Positions 28,154-36,976 of a DNA stretch of 64,000 bases are shown piece after piece. The stretch spans positions 6,477 through 70,476 of IMG/VR virus record IMGVR_UViG_3300035703_000069. One strand, written 5' to 3'. A model generated the notes under the pieces. It searched no databases. It was not told where the DNA came from and was given only the letters and a program-made list of their open reading frames with translations. The position numbers and the translations under genes were made by a program. Every line of letters starts with the position of its first letter. Position 1 is the first letter of the stretch. The DNA comes from a virus.

Positions 28154-28657
28154 CTTTCCCTCGCTTGCGGGCTCGGGCCAGCCGTCACGCTCCCAGGCGA
28201 TCATCTGGAAGACCTCTTCCATGAGCTTGGTGGGCATGGATTCGGTGTCGGACTCGGTCCAGTCGGGCACCTTTTGCCAGTCCTTGGTTTTGGGCAGCTT
28301 GACCTCGGCGCGGTGCTGCATGAAGAGGGTGACGAAGGCCACCTGCTGCTCAACAGCGCCGATGCTGTTGCGCTGCATGTCTTCGAGCTCGGTGGCGTAG
28401 TCGTAGAGAACGTCTTGGTTATCGGTGCTGGCGTTGCTGAGGAGGTCGATTGCTTCTTTAGTAGAGATGCCCTTGTCTTCGGCTATACGTTTCGCGAGTT
28501 TGATGGATGCGAAGGTTGATCGTGACTGTTTACGCGAAAGAGCCTCGATTCCTTTGGCTTCACCTGGGACGAGATCGTGGTAGATGGGAAAACGGAAGGG
28601 GCCGATCTCGTGGTATTCCTCGGGGGCAAAGAGAAGTGAAGCGTACTTACTCATCAC
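28106..28657 (-). CDS. Tail assembly chaperone (G)
   Basis: Between major tail and tape measure; ends just after an in-frame G GGA AAG. Confidence 0.8.
   Translation of the reverse strand: MMSKYASLLFAPEEYHEIGPFRFPIYHDLVPGEAKGIEALSRKQSRSTFASIKLAKRIAEDKGISTKEAIDLLSNASTDNQDVLYDYATELEDMQRNSIGAVEQQVAFVTLFMQHRAEVKLPKTKDWQKVPDWTESDTESMPTKLMEEVFQMIAWERDGWPEPASEGKPPEDEPEFSPPPSKS
28154..28160 (-). promoter_or_regulatory. Programmed -1 ribosomal frameshift heptamer GGGAAAG
   Basis: Plus strand CTTTCCC; read in frame as GAG GGA AAG, identical to the lambda G/GT site. Confidence 0.82.
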
Positions 28658-28880
28658 GAAGGGGGAGCGCTACCTGCCACGCACGGAATGGCGTGAGTTG
28701 GTTGACGAGCTCGGGGGGAAGTTCAACCTCAAGACTAGCGCCGTTATACGCTAAGCGTATACGATGGCTCTGGACGAGGGGTTCCAGGTAGAGGGCGCCA
28801 CAGTGGAGCGTGTCGCCTTCTTCCACACAATTAACTGCAAAGACCGTGTTGAGTGGGTCTATAAGAATGTCGTGCTGCAT
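28647..28880 (-). CDS. Hypothetical protein
   Basis: 77-aa ORF between major tail and chaperone. Confidence 0.6.
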   Translation of the reverse strand: MQHDILIDPLNTVFAVNCVEEGDTLHCGALYLEPLVQSHRIRLAYNGASLEVELPPELVNQLTPFRAWQVALPLRDE

Positions 28881-28886
28881 AAGTGC

Positions 28887-28913
28887 AAAGAAAAAGGCCC
28901 CTTTACGGGGCCT
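28887..28913 (-). terminator. Intrinsic terminator after major tail gene
   Basis: Minus strand AGGCCCCGTAAAGGGGCCTTTTTCTTT. Confidence 0.8.
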
Positions 28914-28935
28914 GGGTGTTTGACGCGCTCGGGGA

Positions 28936-29940
28936 TCAGGCGGTGCGGAAGGTGGTCGTGAGACCTTGCACGGGGCGCTTCACGCCCGATGCCGAAGCGG
29001 TGCCGTTGGCATCGACCGCTTGGGTGATGGCGCCGTCGGCGACAACCAGCCGGAAGATGGTGCCAGCAGCGAGGTCCGCGCTCGGGTTGATGGTCACCAC
29101 GTTGGATGCCAGAGACACTGTCGCGGGCACCTTCACGCCGGTGGAGGCGTTCTCCAGGCTGAAGCCGGAGCCGTCGGTTTGACCCAGGGCGAGTTGGGTC
29201 AGGGCGATGGTGCCGTTGCTGGTGTAGGTGACCGTGATGTTGTCGCCCACGGCTACAGCCGATACGTTGTTGGCCGGGCTCGTGGCAGCTTGGCGGGTGC
29301 CATTCACCAGGAAGAGCAGGCTGGACTGGACGCCGCCGCTGCTGATGGCCGAGGCGCCGGCGTCATAGCGACCGAAAACGGGGCGGGCGCGTGACATCAG
29401 GTCGAACGAGATCTCGGTGAGCCCCTCAGCGGTGAGGTTCTCCGAGTAGTTCTGGATCACCGCGTTGAAGCCGGTGAAGTCGTAGATGTAGTTGCCCGAA
29501 GCGCCGTCGGCCTGGCCCAGCTCCTTGAGGAACTCGATGTAGATCTCGTAGTCCTTGTTGTAACGGGCCTTCTGGATCAGGGAGAAGCCCTCGTTGTAAC
29601 CGCCGCGGAAGACCGGGCAGTTTTGGCCGGCGGGGACTTCGGTGTCCTTGAGGAAGTAGGCGGTCACCGAGGCTTGCACGGAGGAGCCCGTGATCACGCT
29701 GTCCATCCAGCCGTCATCTCCCAGGAGGCGGAACTCCTGGTTGTTGTCGTTGATCTGGAAGCTCGTGTTGGTGATGCCCTGGAGCTCGACGTAGCTGGCG
29801 CCGGCGTCGAGGGTGGGCAGGGTGATGGCGCCCGCGGTGGAACGCGAGGCGAAGTAGCGACAGGGAGGGGTCAGATCCACGGCGCGGACGATGGTCCGGT
29901 GCGCCTTGTGGAACGACAGCCCGATGGCGTAGTCAGCCAT
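28936..29940 (-). CDS. Major tail protein with C-terminal Ig-like (Big_5-like) domain
   Basis: Strong codon bias; TSPANNVSAVAVGDNITVTY...VTINPSADLAAGT Ig-like tail; followed by a terminator. Confidence 0.8.
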   Translation of the reverse strand: MADYAIGLSFHKAHRTIVRAVDLTPPCRYFASRSTAGAITLPTLDAGASYVELQGITNTSFQINDNNQEFRLLGDDGWMDSVITGSSVQASVTAYFLKDTEVPAGQNCPVFRGGYNEGFSLIQKARYNKDYEIYIEFLKELGQADGASGNYIYDFTGFNAVIQNYSENLTAEGLTEISFDLMSRARPVFGRYDAGASAISSGGVQSSLLFLVNGTRQAATSPANNVSAVAVGDNITVTYTSNGTIALTQLALGQTDGSGFSLENASTGVKVPATVSLASNVVTINPSADLAAGTIFRLVVADGAITQAVDANGTASASGVKRPVQGLTTTFRTA

Positions 29941-29952
29941 TGTTGGGACTCC

Positions 29953-30426
29953 TTAAGGGATCGGGGGGTTCAGGACGGCGCCGCGGATGCGTGCCGTGAG
30001 GGACTCGAAAGTCGCCTCGGTTCGGGCCAGGTAGGTGACCGGGTCCCGGGGGAAGGCACGGGAGAGGCGACGGGCAATGTCCAGCAGAGATGCCGGCATG
30101 CGAGTGCCCTCCTTGGTGCCGTAGTTCGTGAAGCGGACGGTCCAGCTCTCGAAGGAGATGACGCCGCCGACCGAACCGGGGCTGGTGATCTCGGGAACGT
30201 CCTCGATGACGCACTCGATGCCGGTGATGGTCCAGTTGGAGGGGACCATGGAGGCGCCGGTGACGTAGACCGCGGGAACGCGGCTGGAGTCGGGGAGCGT
30301 GTAGTACCCGGGCCAGGCGGTGTATGCCTTGAGGGTGGTCCTGTCGCTCTGGTAGAGGTCGAGGATGTGGAGCTCAAGGGTCCGCCGCAGCGCGGTGACC
30401 GGTGGGCACTGGGTGGAGATCGTCAC
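29953..30426 (-). CDS. Tail completion/terminator-position protein
   Basis: GTG start overlapping the upstream TGA; synteny. Confidence 0.6.
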   Translation of the reverse strand: MTISTQCPPVTALRRTLELHILDLYQSDRTTLKAYTAWPGYYTLPDSSRVPAVYVTGASMVPSNWTITGIECVIEDVPEITSPGSVGGVISFESWTVRFTNYGTKEGTRMPASLLDIARRLSRAFPRDPVTYLARTEATFESLTARIRGAVLNPPIP

Positions 30427-30797
30427 TGCTGGGCCTCCAGCGCAGAGCGCAGCAGTTGGCCGAACTTGGCCGGGGCCTCCTCGAGGGGGGCTTTGGTCCA
30501 GGGGCGGCCGGGGAAGCGGAGGCCGGTGGTGGCAACTCCGCCCTCGTGGACTTGGCCGGCGTATTCGACGGGCCAGGTGAAGGTGATGGAGCCGTCGGCG
30601 TTGACGACTCGGGTCTGGCTGGCGCGCAGGCGACCGGTGTCCACGATGTCCCGCACTTGGGGCGGGGTGGGGTACTCCCACTTCACGGCGGAGATTTCCT
30701 CGGTGAAGCGGGTGTCGAGCCAGGTGCCGAGTTGGCGGGTCGCCTGGGCGACGGCCGTGTTCAGCGCTTGGTTCAGTTCGCGGCGGCGGGGGGCCAT
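30423..30797 (-). CDS. HK97 gp10-like neck protein
   Basis: IVDTGRLRAS...YAGQVHEG...RPW motifs. Confidence 0.75.
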   Translation of the reverse strand: MAPRRRELNQALNTAVAQATRQLGTWLDTRFTEEISAVKWEYPTPPQVRDIVDTGRLRASQTRVVNADGSITFTWPVEYAGQVHEGGVATTGLRFPGRPWTKAPLEEAPAKFGQLLRSALEAQQ

Positions 30798-31195
30798 CAG
30801 TTGGGTCCTCCAACGACGCGGAAGGTGCCTTCGATGGATTGGCGCAGGTCCTGCCGGTGGTAGGAATCCATGGCCAGATCGAAGACGAGCTCGAAACGTC
30901 CTCGGTATCCGTTGATCACTGCTTCGGCTTGAGAGCCGTTGGTGATGCGGGGGTCGAGGATCGCTGGGCTGAGCAGGCGGCCTCGGCAGGAGTAGGTCGT
31001 GTTGTCCATGCCGGCCTCGGCTTTCCAGGACGGTGCCTGGAGAGTGAGGGCGGCGAGGTATTCGACGATCTCGGTGGATTGGGTGGCGTTGCCAGTGGCG
31101 GGATCTGTTGTGGCCAAACCGGTGCCGACCTCGAACGCAAGCTGGGCGTTACCCCAGGGGGCGTAGGCGGCAAGGGTGGTGGCCGAGATCGCCAT
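30797..31195 (-). CDS. Head closure / head-tail protein
   Basis: Synteny within the neck cluster. Confidence 0.6.
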   Translation of the reverse strand: MAISATTLAAYAPWGNAQLAFEVGTGLATTDPATGNATQSTEIVEYLAALTLQAPSWKAEAGMDNTTYSCRGRLLSPAILDPRITNGSQAEAVINGYRGRFELVFDLAMDSYHRQDLRQSIEGTFRVVGGPN

Positions 31196-31197
31196 GG

Positions 31198-31506
31198 CTA
31201 GAGGGCGAATCCACTGAGGGCGAGGCTGTCGAGCAGCCGCTTGTACTCCTGGCCGTAGAGCGTGGCGTCGAGGCCGGAACCCGCAGGGGCACCGGCTTTT
31301 GCCTCGATCTGGAGGCCGATCTGCATCGTTCGAGTCGCTAAAAGATGCGCAGTGAGGTAACCGACAGCGTCTGTGTGAACAGCGCCGAAGACGGTGGCGG
31401 AGGCGTAGCGTCCGGCCTCGGCCAGCGCGCCTTCAACCACCGAGAGCGATTGTTCGCCGAACTCGGGGAAGCGAAGGAGGAATGCGCTGGTCGAGGGAAC
31501 TGCCAT
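31198..31506 (-). CDS. Head-tail adaptor (DUF4054-like)
   Basis: FLLRFPEF...LTAHLL...TLYGQEY. Confidence 0.78.
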   Translation of the reverse strand: MAVPSTSAFLLRFPEFGEQSLSVVEGALAEAGRYASATVFGAVHTDAVGYLTAHLLATRTMQIGLQIEAKAGAPAGSGLDATLYGQEYKRLLDSLALSGFAL

Positions 31507-31922
31507 TAGCCGTTACCTTCAGTGATCGCAGTGATCCGCTTGCCGATGGCATTGCGGACTTTGATGCGCTGCTCTTTAGCGGCCCACTTGTTGAGCTGTT
31601 CGATGTCGAAGGATGCTTCGACGAGCTCAAGTGCCTGGGTGATGGGCAGATCCGCGATGGTGTCTGCGTTCACCGAGGTGGTTACACCGTCCTCGGTTGT
31701 CACCTCCTCGGCTTCGATGCGCAGGGCACCGAGCTTGAGGAGGCTTTTCACCACGTCGTAGTCCTTGATCTTTTCCCAGACGGCCTCGGGGAAATTCCGA
31801 GTGACGCCAGAGGCGACTTGAATGTGGTCAGAGAGACCTGCGCCGCCTACGAACGAGAAACCGATGGTGCATTCTTTGTCCATCGGGGGATTTTCAAGTT
31901 CGGGTCGGTAAACGAGGATCAT
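31506..31922 (-). CDS. Hypothetical virion-associated protein
   Basis: 138-aa ORF right after the capsid gene. Confidence 0.65.
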   Translation of the reverse strand: MILVYRPELENPPMDKECTIGFSFVGGAGLSDHIQVASGVTRNFPEAVWEKIKDYDVVKSLLKLGALRIEAEEVTTEDGVTTSVNADTIADLPITQALELVEASFDIEQLNKWAAKEQRIKVRNAIGKRITAITEGNG

Positions 31923-31961
31923 GACTAAGACGAGATGAATGGATAACCGATTCTGAAAAGG

Positions 31962-32879
31962 TCAAGCCTTCTCAAGGACGATGGCGCTCTTGGGGTAGTA
32001 GAGCGCGAGGCCGCCGATGCGTGCGTGAGCAGCAACGGAGAACTCCAGGGCCTGACGCAGGGGAGGCAGGAACTCCAGGGGCTGGGGGATGTGCAGTTGC
32101 AGCTTGTCGGGGCTGCGGTCGTACACCACGATGCGGTCCTTGGAGAGGGAGCCGCCCGATTTGCCGGCCTCGAGCTCGTTGATGGGCTCGATGGCGGAGA
32201 TCATCGGGTTGGTGCGCAGGAAGAACTCCATCACCGTGGTGTCGGAGGTGGTGCTGCGCGGGGTGGTGGAGATGACGCGGTACACGTTGTAGGGCACCAG
32301 CATCGTGTTAGGCATCTCCTTCATGTTGGAGTTCTGCACGAGGCGGGTGGGCGCCTCGTTGAGCAGTTCCAGCATTTCGTCGGTGGTAACACCGGCGGTG
32401 TCGAACCACTTGTTGGGGACAAGTTTGTCGACTTGGTCGTTGTTGAAGAAGCCCTTCATGCCGGAGGGGGCATCGCCGAAGTAGGCGATCTCCTGCACTT
32501 TCTCCTCGTAGGCGCGGCGCACAGCGTTGGCGCGACGCTGCTCCAGGTTCATGCCGGGCACCATGGCGGCGGCACGGGTTTCCTGGATGGTGTAGGCGAA
32601 GGATGCACCGAGGGAGCGAACCGGGTGGGTCACTTCCTTGCGGAGCACGTCAGCGCGGGGCAGGTCTTGGGCCTTGTCCCCGATCACCTTCATCGAGCCT
32701 TGCTTGTCGAAGACGCGATAGGTGAAGGAGTCAGCACCATTGCCCACTTCAGAAGAAATGGGGATCAGGCTGCTGTACTTGATGTCGGCGTACTCGACCT
32801 CGAAGGTGCGAGCCAGGATGGTTTCCAGCTCGCGGGCGAGAAAGATGCCGACCTCGTCGTTACGGATTTCGGTGGTCAT
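31962..32879 (-). CDS. Major capsid protein (DUF2184 family)
   Basis: FLARELETI...DLPRAD...AYFGD...GFFNN...GGLALYYP; strong codon bias. Confidence 0.9.
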   Translation of the reverse strand: MTTEIRNDEVGIFLARELETILARTFEVEYADIKYSSLIPISSEVGNGADSFTYRVFDKQGSMKVIGDKAQDLPRADVLRKEVTHPVRSLGASFAYTIQETRAAAMVPGMNLEQRRANAVRRAYEEKVQEIAYFGDAPSGMKGFFNNDQVDKLVPNKWFDTAGVTTDEMLELLNEAPTRLVQNSNMKEMPNTMLVPYNVYRVISTTPRSTTSDTTVMEFFLRTNPMISAIEPINELEAGKSGGSLSKDRIVVYDRSPDKLQLHIPQPLEFLPPLRQALEFSVAAHARIGGLALYYPKSAIVLEKA

Positions 32880-32896
32880 GGGAGGAAGCTCCGTGA

Positions 32897-33508
32897 TCAA
32901 GTGTCGGCGGAGTAGGTCATGCCGGGGATGTCAATCTCCAGCAGAACCAGGCCCGCGGCGGTGGTTTCAGACAGCCAACGAGCGCCGGTGATGGCGACGG
33001 TCTTGTTGGCGACGGCGGTCTTGGTGAAGCGACCGAGGAAAGCCCCGGCGACGGTGCCGGAGTGGTCCGCGTTGTAGAAGCGGACTGCGTCGCCCAGGGC
33101 GATGGCAGTGGCGCTATACACCCAGACCACGCCTTTGGAGACCACGTTCACGGTCTCTTTGTCGGGATAGCCCAGACGACCATCCGAATAAATCGGGGTC
33201 GGGATGGGGGTGTACACCATGCCCGCCTTGGCACCCTCGATGGTGAGGGTGTCTACGGTGATGCCCTGAATCAGGGTGGTGCCGGTCGCGATCTCGACGG
33301 CGAGGGCGTCGTTGCTGGTGGGGCTGTTGTCGGTTGCAACCAGCACGCCATAAGGGATGGCGGCGCCGGATTGGTTGCGATAGCTGCGGCAGACGTAGGC
33401 CTGCAGGTCAGCCAGCATGCCCTCGTGACCGGCAACTTCGCGCATCGGGTAGCTGCCCTGGGCGCCGGTGGGGTTGGTGACGGTAGTGGCGGTGAAGGTA
33501 ACGGCCAT
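32897..33508 (-). CDS. Head decoration/cement protein
   Basis: AIPYGVLV...VVSKGVVWV; between the DUF2213 gene and the capsid gene. Confidence 0.75.
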   Translation of the reverse strand: MAVTFTATTVTNPTGAQGSYPMREVAGHEGMLADLQAYVCRSYRNQSGAAIPYGVLVATDNSPTSNDALAVEIATGTTLIQGITVDTLTIEGAKAGMVYTPIPTPIYSDGRLGYPDKETVNVVSKGVVWVYSATAIALGDAVRFYNADHSGTVAGAFLGRFTKTAVANKTVAITGARWLSETTAAGLVLLEIDIPGMTYSADT

Positions 33509-33520
33509 GGAAGGAACTCC

Positions 33521-34783
33521 TTACTTAGTGGCGGTGAGGGGACGCTTCCAGGCTTCCGCTTGCTTGGCGCGGTAGGTGTCTACCGAGGAAGCAGAGCCAC
33601 GGCCGGCACCTTTCAGTGCGTCGCGGAGGGAAGTGGTGCTGTCGGCGCGGTCCTCCTTGGTTTCAGGCTCATCGCCTGCGTCCTCGGGGGTTTCTTCGCC
33701 TGCTTCGTCCTCGTCGGCATCAGCGCGGGCGGCGAGAATGCCGTCCACAACGCCTTGGACGTAGCCAGATTCAGCGTCTTCGCGAGGAGCGGAGCCTGTG
33801 AGGTTCTCGAACGCCTGGGCGTAGAGGTCCTCGTTATCGATGCCGTCGAATTTGAAGTCTTCGGCGAAGGCGGGTGCCAGCTTCTGCAGCGTGGCGAGGC
33901 GAGCAGCGACGAGTTGGTCGAGCTCGGCTGTGTCGATGCGGCTGGAGGAGGTGGATTCGAGCTCGGTGACACGCTCTTCGAGAGCGTCGGCTCGGCCTTC
34001 AGCGGCCTCTTTTTCGTAGGCAAGGGCGTCGATCTCTTCCTGCTGCGCATCGAGCTTGGTGGCAAGCTGATCGCGCTCAGTAGTCACAGACTTGAGCTGG
34101 CGCTCCATGTCCCGTGCGAAGGACTGGACCGCGCTAGCTGCTTCTGCGGGCAGATCGATCTCCAGGCCGTCGAGTTTGACGGAAGCCATTACGGGAGATG
34201 CAGGTGTACAGGGCTGGAGCGCCGGATCGAAGGCGACGGCATCGGCCGCATCCATGCGATCCATGAGCAGGCGAACCTCCGGGCCAGCCCGGCCGCGGGG
34301 GACGATCGCGATGTGGTTCACCCGGATGTTGCGCTGAACGCCGTCGTAGGACTCGCCCTCGGGGGTGATACCGGGAGTCGGGTCGAAGTCGACCTTGTAG
34401 CCGGCAGAGACCTCAGTGGCGTCTTTGCGCTTGATCTTTTCGATGCTGTCCTGGTCAGTGACGACTAGGGCAACTTCGACAAAACCGTCGTTGTACCGGA
34501 CCTGGCTACCGGAGTAACCGACCTGGAACTGCTTGGTATTGGCGGAATCGAGAAGAACAGGTGGGTGACCCCACGTTGCGGGTTTCATGCCGAACGTGGA
34601 GAGCGATTCCGGGGAACTGACCTCTTCTGGAGGACGGTATTCCCGGACCTGGGAGCCATCCGCGCGCTTGTAGAGCTGAGTGCCTACACGCGCAGCACGA
34701 CACCAGACGCGGAGATAACCCTCGTCGGTGGTTTCGCTGCCCGTAATGGGCGCGAAATCGTAGCGAGAAACGGATGTTTCCAT
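33521..34783 (-). CDS. DUF2213 protein (putative prohead protease plus scaffold)
   Basis: TDEGYL..ARVGTQLY..EYRPPEEV..EVSAGY..QRNIRVNHIAIVPRGRAGPEVRL, then an acidic coiled coil. Confidence 0.88.
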   Translation of the reverse strand: METSVSRYDFAPITGSETTDEGYLRVWCRAARVGTQLYKRADGSQVREYRPPEEVSSPESLSTFGMKPATWGHPPVLLDSANTKQFQVGYSGSQVRYNDGFVEVALVVTDQDSIEKIKRKDATEVSAGYKVDFDPTPGITPEGESYDGVQRNIRVNHIAIVPRGRAGPEVRLLMDRMDAADAVAFDPALQPCTPASPVMASVKLDGLEIDLPAEAASAVQSFARDMERQLKSVTTERDQLATKLDAQQEEIDALAYEKEAAEGRADALEERVTELESTSSSRIDTAELDQLVAARLATLQKLAPAFAEDFKFDGIDNEDLYAQAFENLTGSAPREDAESGYVQGVVDGILAARADADEDEAGEETPEDAGDEPETKEDRADSTTSLRDALKGAGRGSASSVDTYRAKQAEAWKRPLTATK

Positions 34784-34845
34784 GGCGTCAGCTTAAGGCT
34801 TATCGCTGCAAGCGTTAGGCTTATTCGGATAGCGTATGGCCGGAA

Positions 34846-35061
34846 GTGGCGATCTATCGTCAGCTCGCACTTTGTGAGCGTATTAGACAGCTAAGAGGGA
34901 AGACGGGATACACGCAGACGCAGATAGCGGAGAAACTTGCTATCAGTCAAGCAGCTTATTGTCGCTTGGAAAAGGGGGAAATTGAGTTCGCAGTATCAAA
35001 GCTATTTGAGTTAGCAGACTTGTATGGGATCTCGGCCTCGGGGCTGATCGAAGGGCTCTAA
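34846..35061 (+). CDS. XRE-family HTH transcriptional regulator
   Basis: IRQLR..YTQTQIAEKLAISQAAYCRLEKG. Confidence 0.85.
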   Translation: MAIYRQLALCERIRQLRGKTGYTQTQIAEKLAISQAAYCRLEKGEIEFAVSKLFELADLYGISASGLIEGL

Positions 35062-35270
35062 GGGTTATAGATCTCGGTGTGGTAGACCACGGCGCCCTCG
35101 GCGATCAGGCGACGTCGGATGTCTGTCGCTTCGTGGGCGGGGCACAGAAGTGTCTGGGCTCCGGCGTGGTTCCAGAACCAGAGGCGGGTGATGGCGTGCT
35201 CGGGGGGATGAGCGGGTTTCACCGGCGTGAGGTCTTTCCAGAGCACTTCCATTTCGCCCGGGAGAGGCAT
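35058..35270 (-). CDS. Hypothetical protein
   Basis: 70-aa ORF at the end of the cluster. Confidence 0.55.
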   Translation of the reverse strand: MPLPGEMEVLWKDLTPVKPAHPPEHAITRLWFWNHAGAQTLLCPAHEATDIRRRLIAEGAVVYHTEIYNP

Positions 35271-36280
35271 AGGGGCGTGTTGCGATCAGGGCCGGAGCAG
35301 TCCTTGCCGTGCGACTTCATGTCACCGAAGCTGCGGGCGCAGTAGCGGTCGCCCTTGTCGGTGCCGGGGGCGATCTTGTAGCCCTTGGCGCCGTAGCGAA
35401 CGGTGTTTTTGCGGCCGGTCTCGGGGTTGGTGACGACCTTGGTGTACTTCTTGCCGTCCTCGGTGTCGTTTTGCGCTTGCTTCTGGGCGGTAGGGACGCA
35501 GTTGGGCACCTTGCGCTTGCCTTTGCGCTTCATACCGATCTGCTCGTAGCCCTCCCAGCAGGCGTCGCGGCGGGTGGGTGGTTGGAGTTGGACCGGGGCG
35601 TAGTGCTGGATGTAGTTGTCGCGGCGGCCGAAGCCTTGGGCCCGGCGGCGCCGCGGTTGGCCGGTGCGGGGATCGATGGGGATGCCTTCGCGCTCGGGGG
35701 TGCTTCGAGGGAGCTGGGCTTGGATTCCGCCAGGTAAGCGGCGTTGGTCCGGGGAGCGGTAGCCGGGTTCGTAGCGGCGGCGAGCGGCTTCGGTACGGAG
35801 ACGCAGCTCGCGCAGGCCGGTCTTGATCGCCATGCCGGTGGCTTCACCGGTTGTGGCCATGGTGTTGCCGATTTGACCGAGGCGGCGGACTTCCTCGCGG
35901 GCGGTCTGGGCGATGGCGCCCTCGGCATTACGTACTGCAGCCGCGGTGTTGGCTCGCATGCGCTGAGTCTTGGATTGGCGCGGAGGTGCGGGTTTGAGAA
36001 GGGCTCGAGGTGTTAGGCCAGGAAGGCGTGGCTGCACGGTGGGGCCCAGTCTCGGAAGGCGCGGAGGTCCCGAGGATGTAGCTCCAGTGGCTGGAGAGTT
36101 TCCTTGGCGGGTGAGGGCATAGGCCCCGGCTCCGAGAGCAGCGACACCGAGTCCGGCGGCGATGGCTTTGCGTGTAGGGAACGAGCCCTTTTGGCGGCAG
36201 GTTTTGCTCGCCGCGATGTGGCTTTGACCGCAGGGGCGGCCTTTGGCGTCAAGTCGGAGCGTGGCGGGGGTCAGATCCAC
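35219..36280 (-). CDS. Modular basic protein (LTPATLRLD-CG..C family) with CWEGY..VPNCV and YCARS..WKC modules
   Basis: Shares its N-terminus with 36284..36973; TM-like segment; Cys-containing C-terminal modules. Confidence 0.75.
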   Translation of the reverse strand: MDLTPATLRLDAKGRPCGQSHIAASKTCRQKGSFPTRKAIAAGLGVAALGAGAYALTRQGNSPATGATSSGPPRLPRLGPTVQPRLPGLTPRALLKPAPPRQSKTQRMRANTAAAVRNAEGAIAQTAREEVRRLGQIGNTMATTGEATGMAIKTGLRELRLRTEAARRRYEPGYRSPDQRRLPGGIQAQLPRSTPEREGIPIDPRTGQPRRRRAQGFGRRDNYIQHYAPVQLQPPTRRDACWEGYEQIGMKRKGKRKVPNCVPTAQKQAQNDTEDGKKYTKVVTNPETGRKNTVRYGAKGYKIAPGTDKGDRYCARSFGDMKSHGKDCSGPDRNTPLCLSRAKWKCSGKTSRR

Positions 36281-36283
36281 GGC

Positions 36284-36973
36284 TCAGATTGCGAGTCGGT
36301 CGAGCTCGGGGGAGAAGCCGGCGGCGTAGACGGAGTCGCGGCGACCGCTCAGGGGGCGGTCGTACGCGGAAGAGGCCCAACCAGTGCCGCTGGTTGTGGA
36401 GCGCATACCAGAGGTGCGCATGCGAGTGCCCTGGTAGGCACGACGCACGCTCCTACGAACACCAGCTGCACCTCCAGCACGCTGGAACCCTGCAAATGCC
36501 CCGATAGCGGCTTCTTGGCCCACACCAATAGCGGCGTTGCGTCCGGCACTCTTGAGGAATTCTTTGGAGAGCTCTTTTTTGCCCATGCGAGAAGCTTTGC
36601 TTGCGGCCGCTACTTGAATCGCGGAAGCGCCGAGCTGCATGTTGCGGTAGCCACGGCTCGCTTCGCCAAGGTTGCCCCTCATCGCACCTTCAAAGGTCTG
36701 CATTAGACCGAAACCGACAGCAGCGCCACCACCAAGGCGTGCTGCAAGTTCGCCGGTGGCTTTGATTTTGTTGCCAACGCCCTTGGTGCTGCCCTTCGCT
36801 TTGTTGAAACGGTTTGCTGCGATGGGGTCACGCATCAATGTGCGGAACTCTTTCTTTGCTGCAGCTTGGGGATCGACCTTCTGCGCCGTGCCCTTGGTGC
36901 ACTTTTCGCCCTCGGAGATGGCGCCGTTGCCGCATTTGAGGTCGAGGCGGAGGGTGGCGGGGGTGAGAGTCAT
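36284..36973 (-). CDS. Modular basic protein (LTPATLRLD...RRDSVYAAGF family)
   Basis: Conserved termini shared with its neighbours. Confidence 0.75.
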   Translation of the reverse strand: MTLTPATLRLDLKCGNGAISEGEKCTKGTAQKVDPQAAAKKEFRTLMRDPIAANRFNKAKGSTKGVGNKIKATGELAARLGGGAAVGFGLMQTFEGAMRGNLGEASRGYRNMQLGASAIQVAAASKASRMGKKELSKEFLKSAGRNAAIGVGQEAAIGAFAGFQRAGGAAGVRRSVRRAYQGTRMRTSGMRSTTSGTGWASSAYDRPLSGRRDSVYAAGFSPELDRLAI

Positions 36974-36976
36974 TGA

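Noticed and set aside
29623-34468. Long plus-strand ORFs opposite the head and tail genes
   Set aside because: These are antisense frames expected in high-GC DNA with strong codon bias; the minus-strand genes carry the recognisable motifs.
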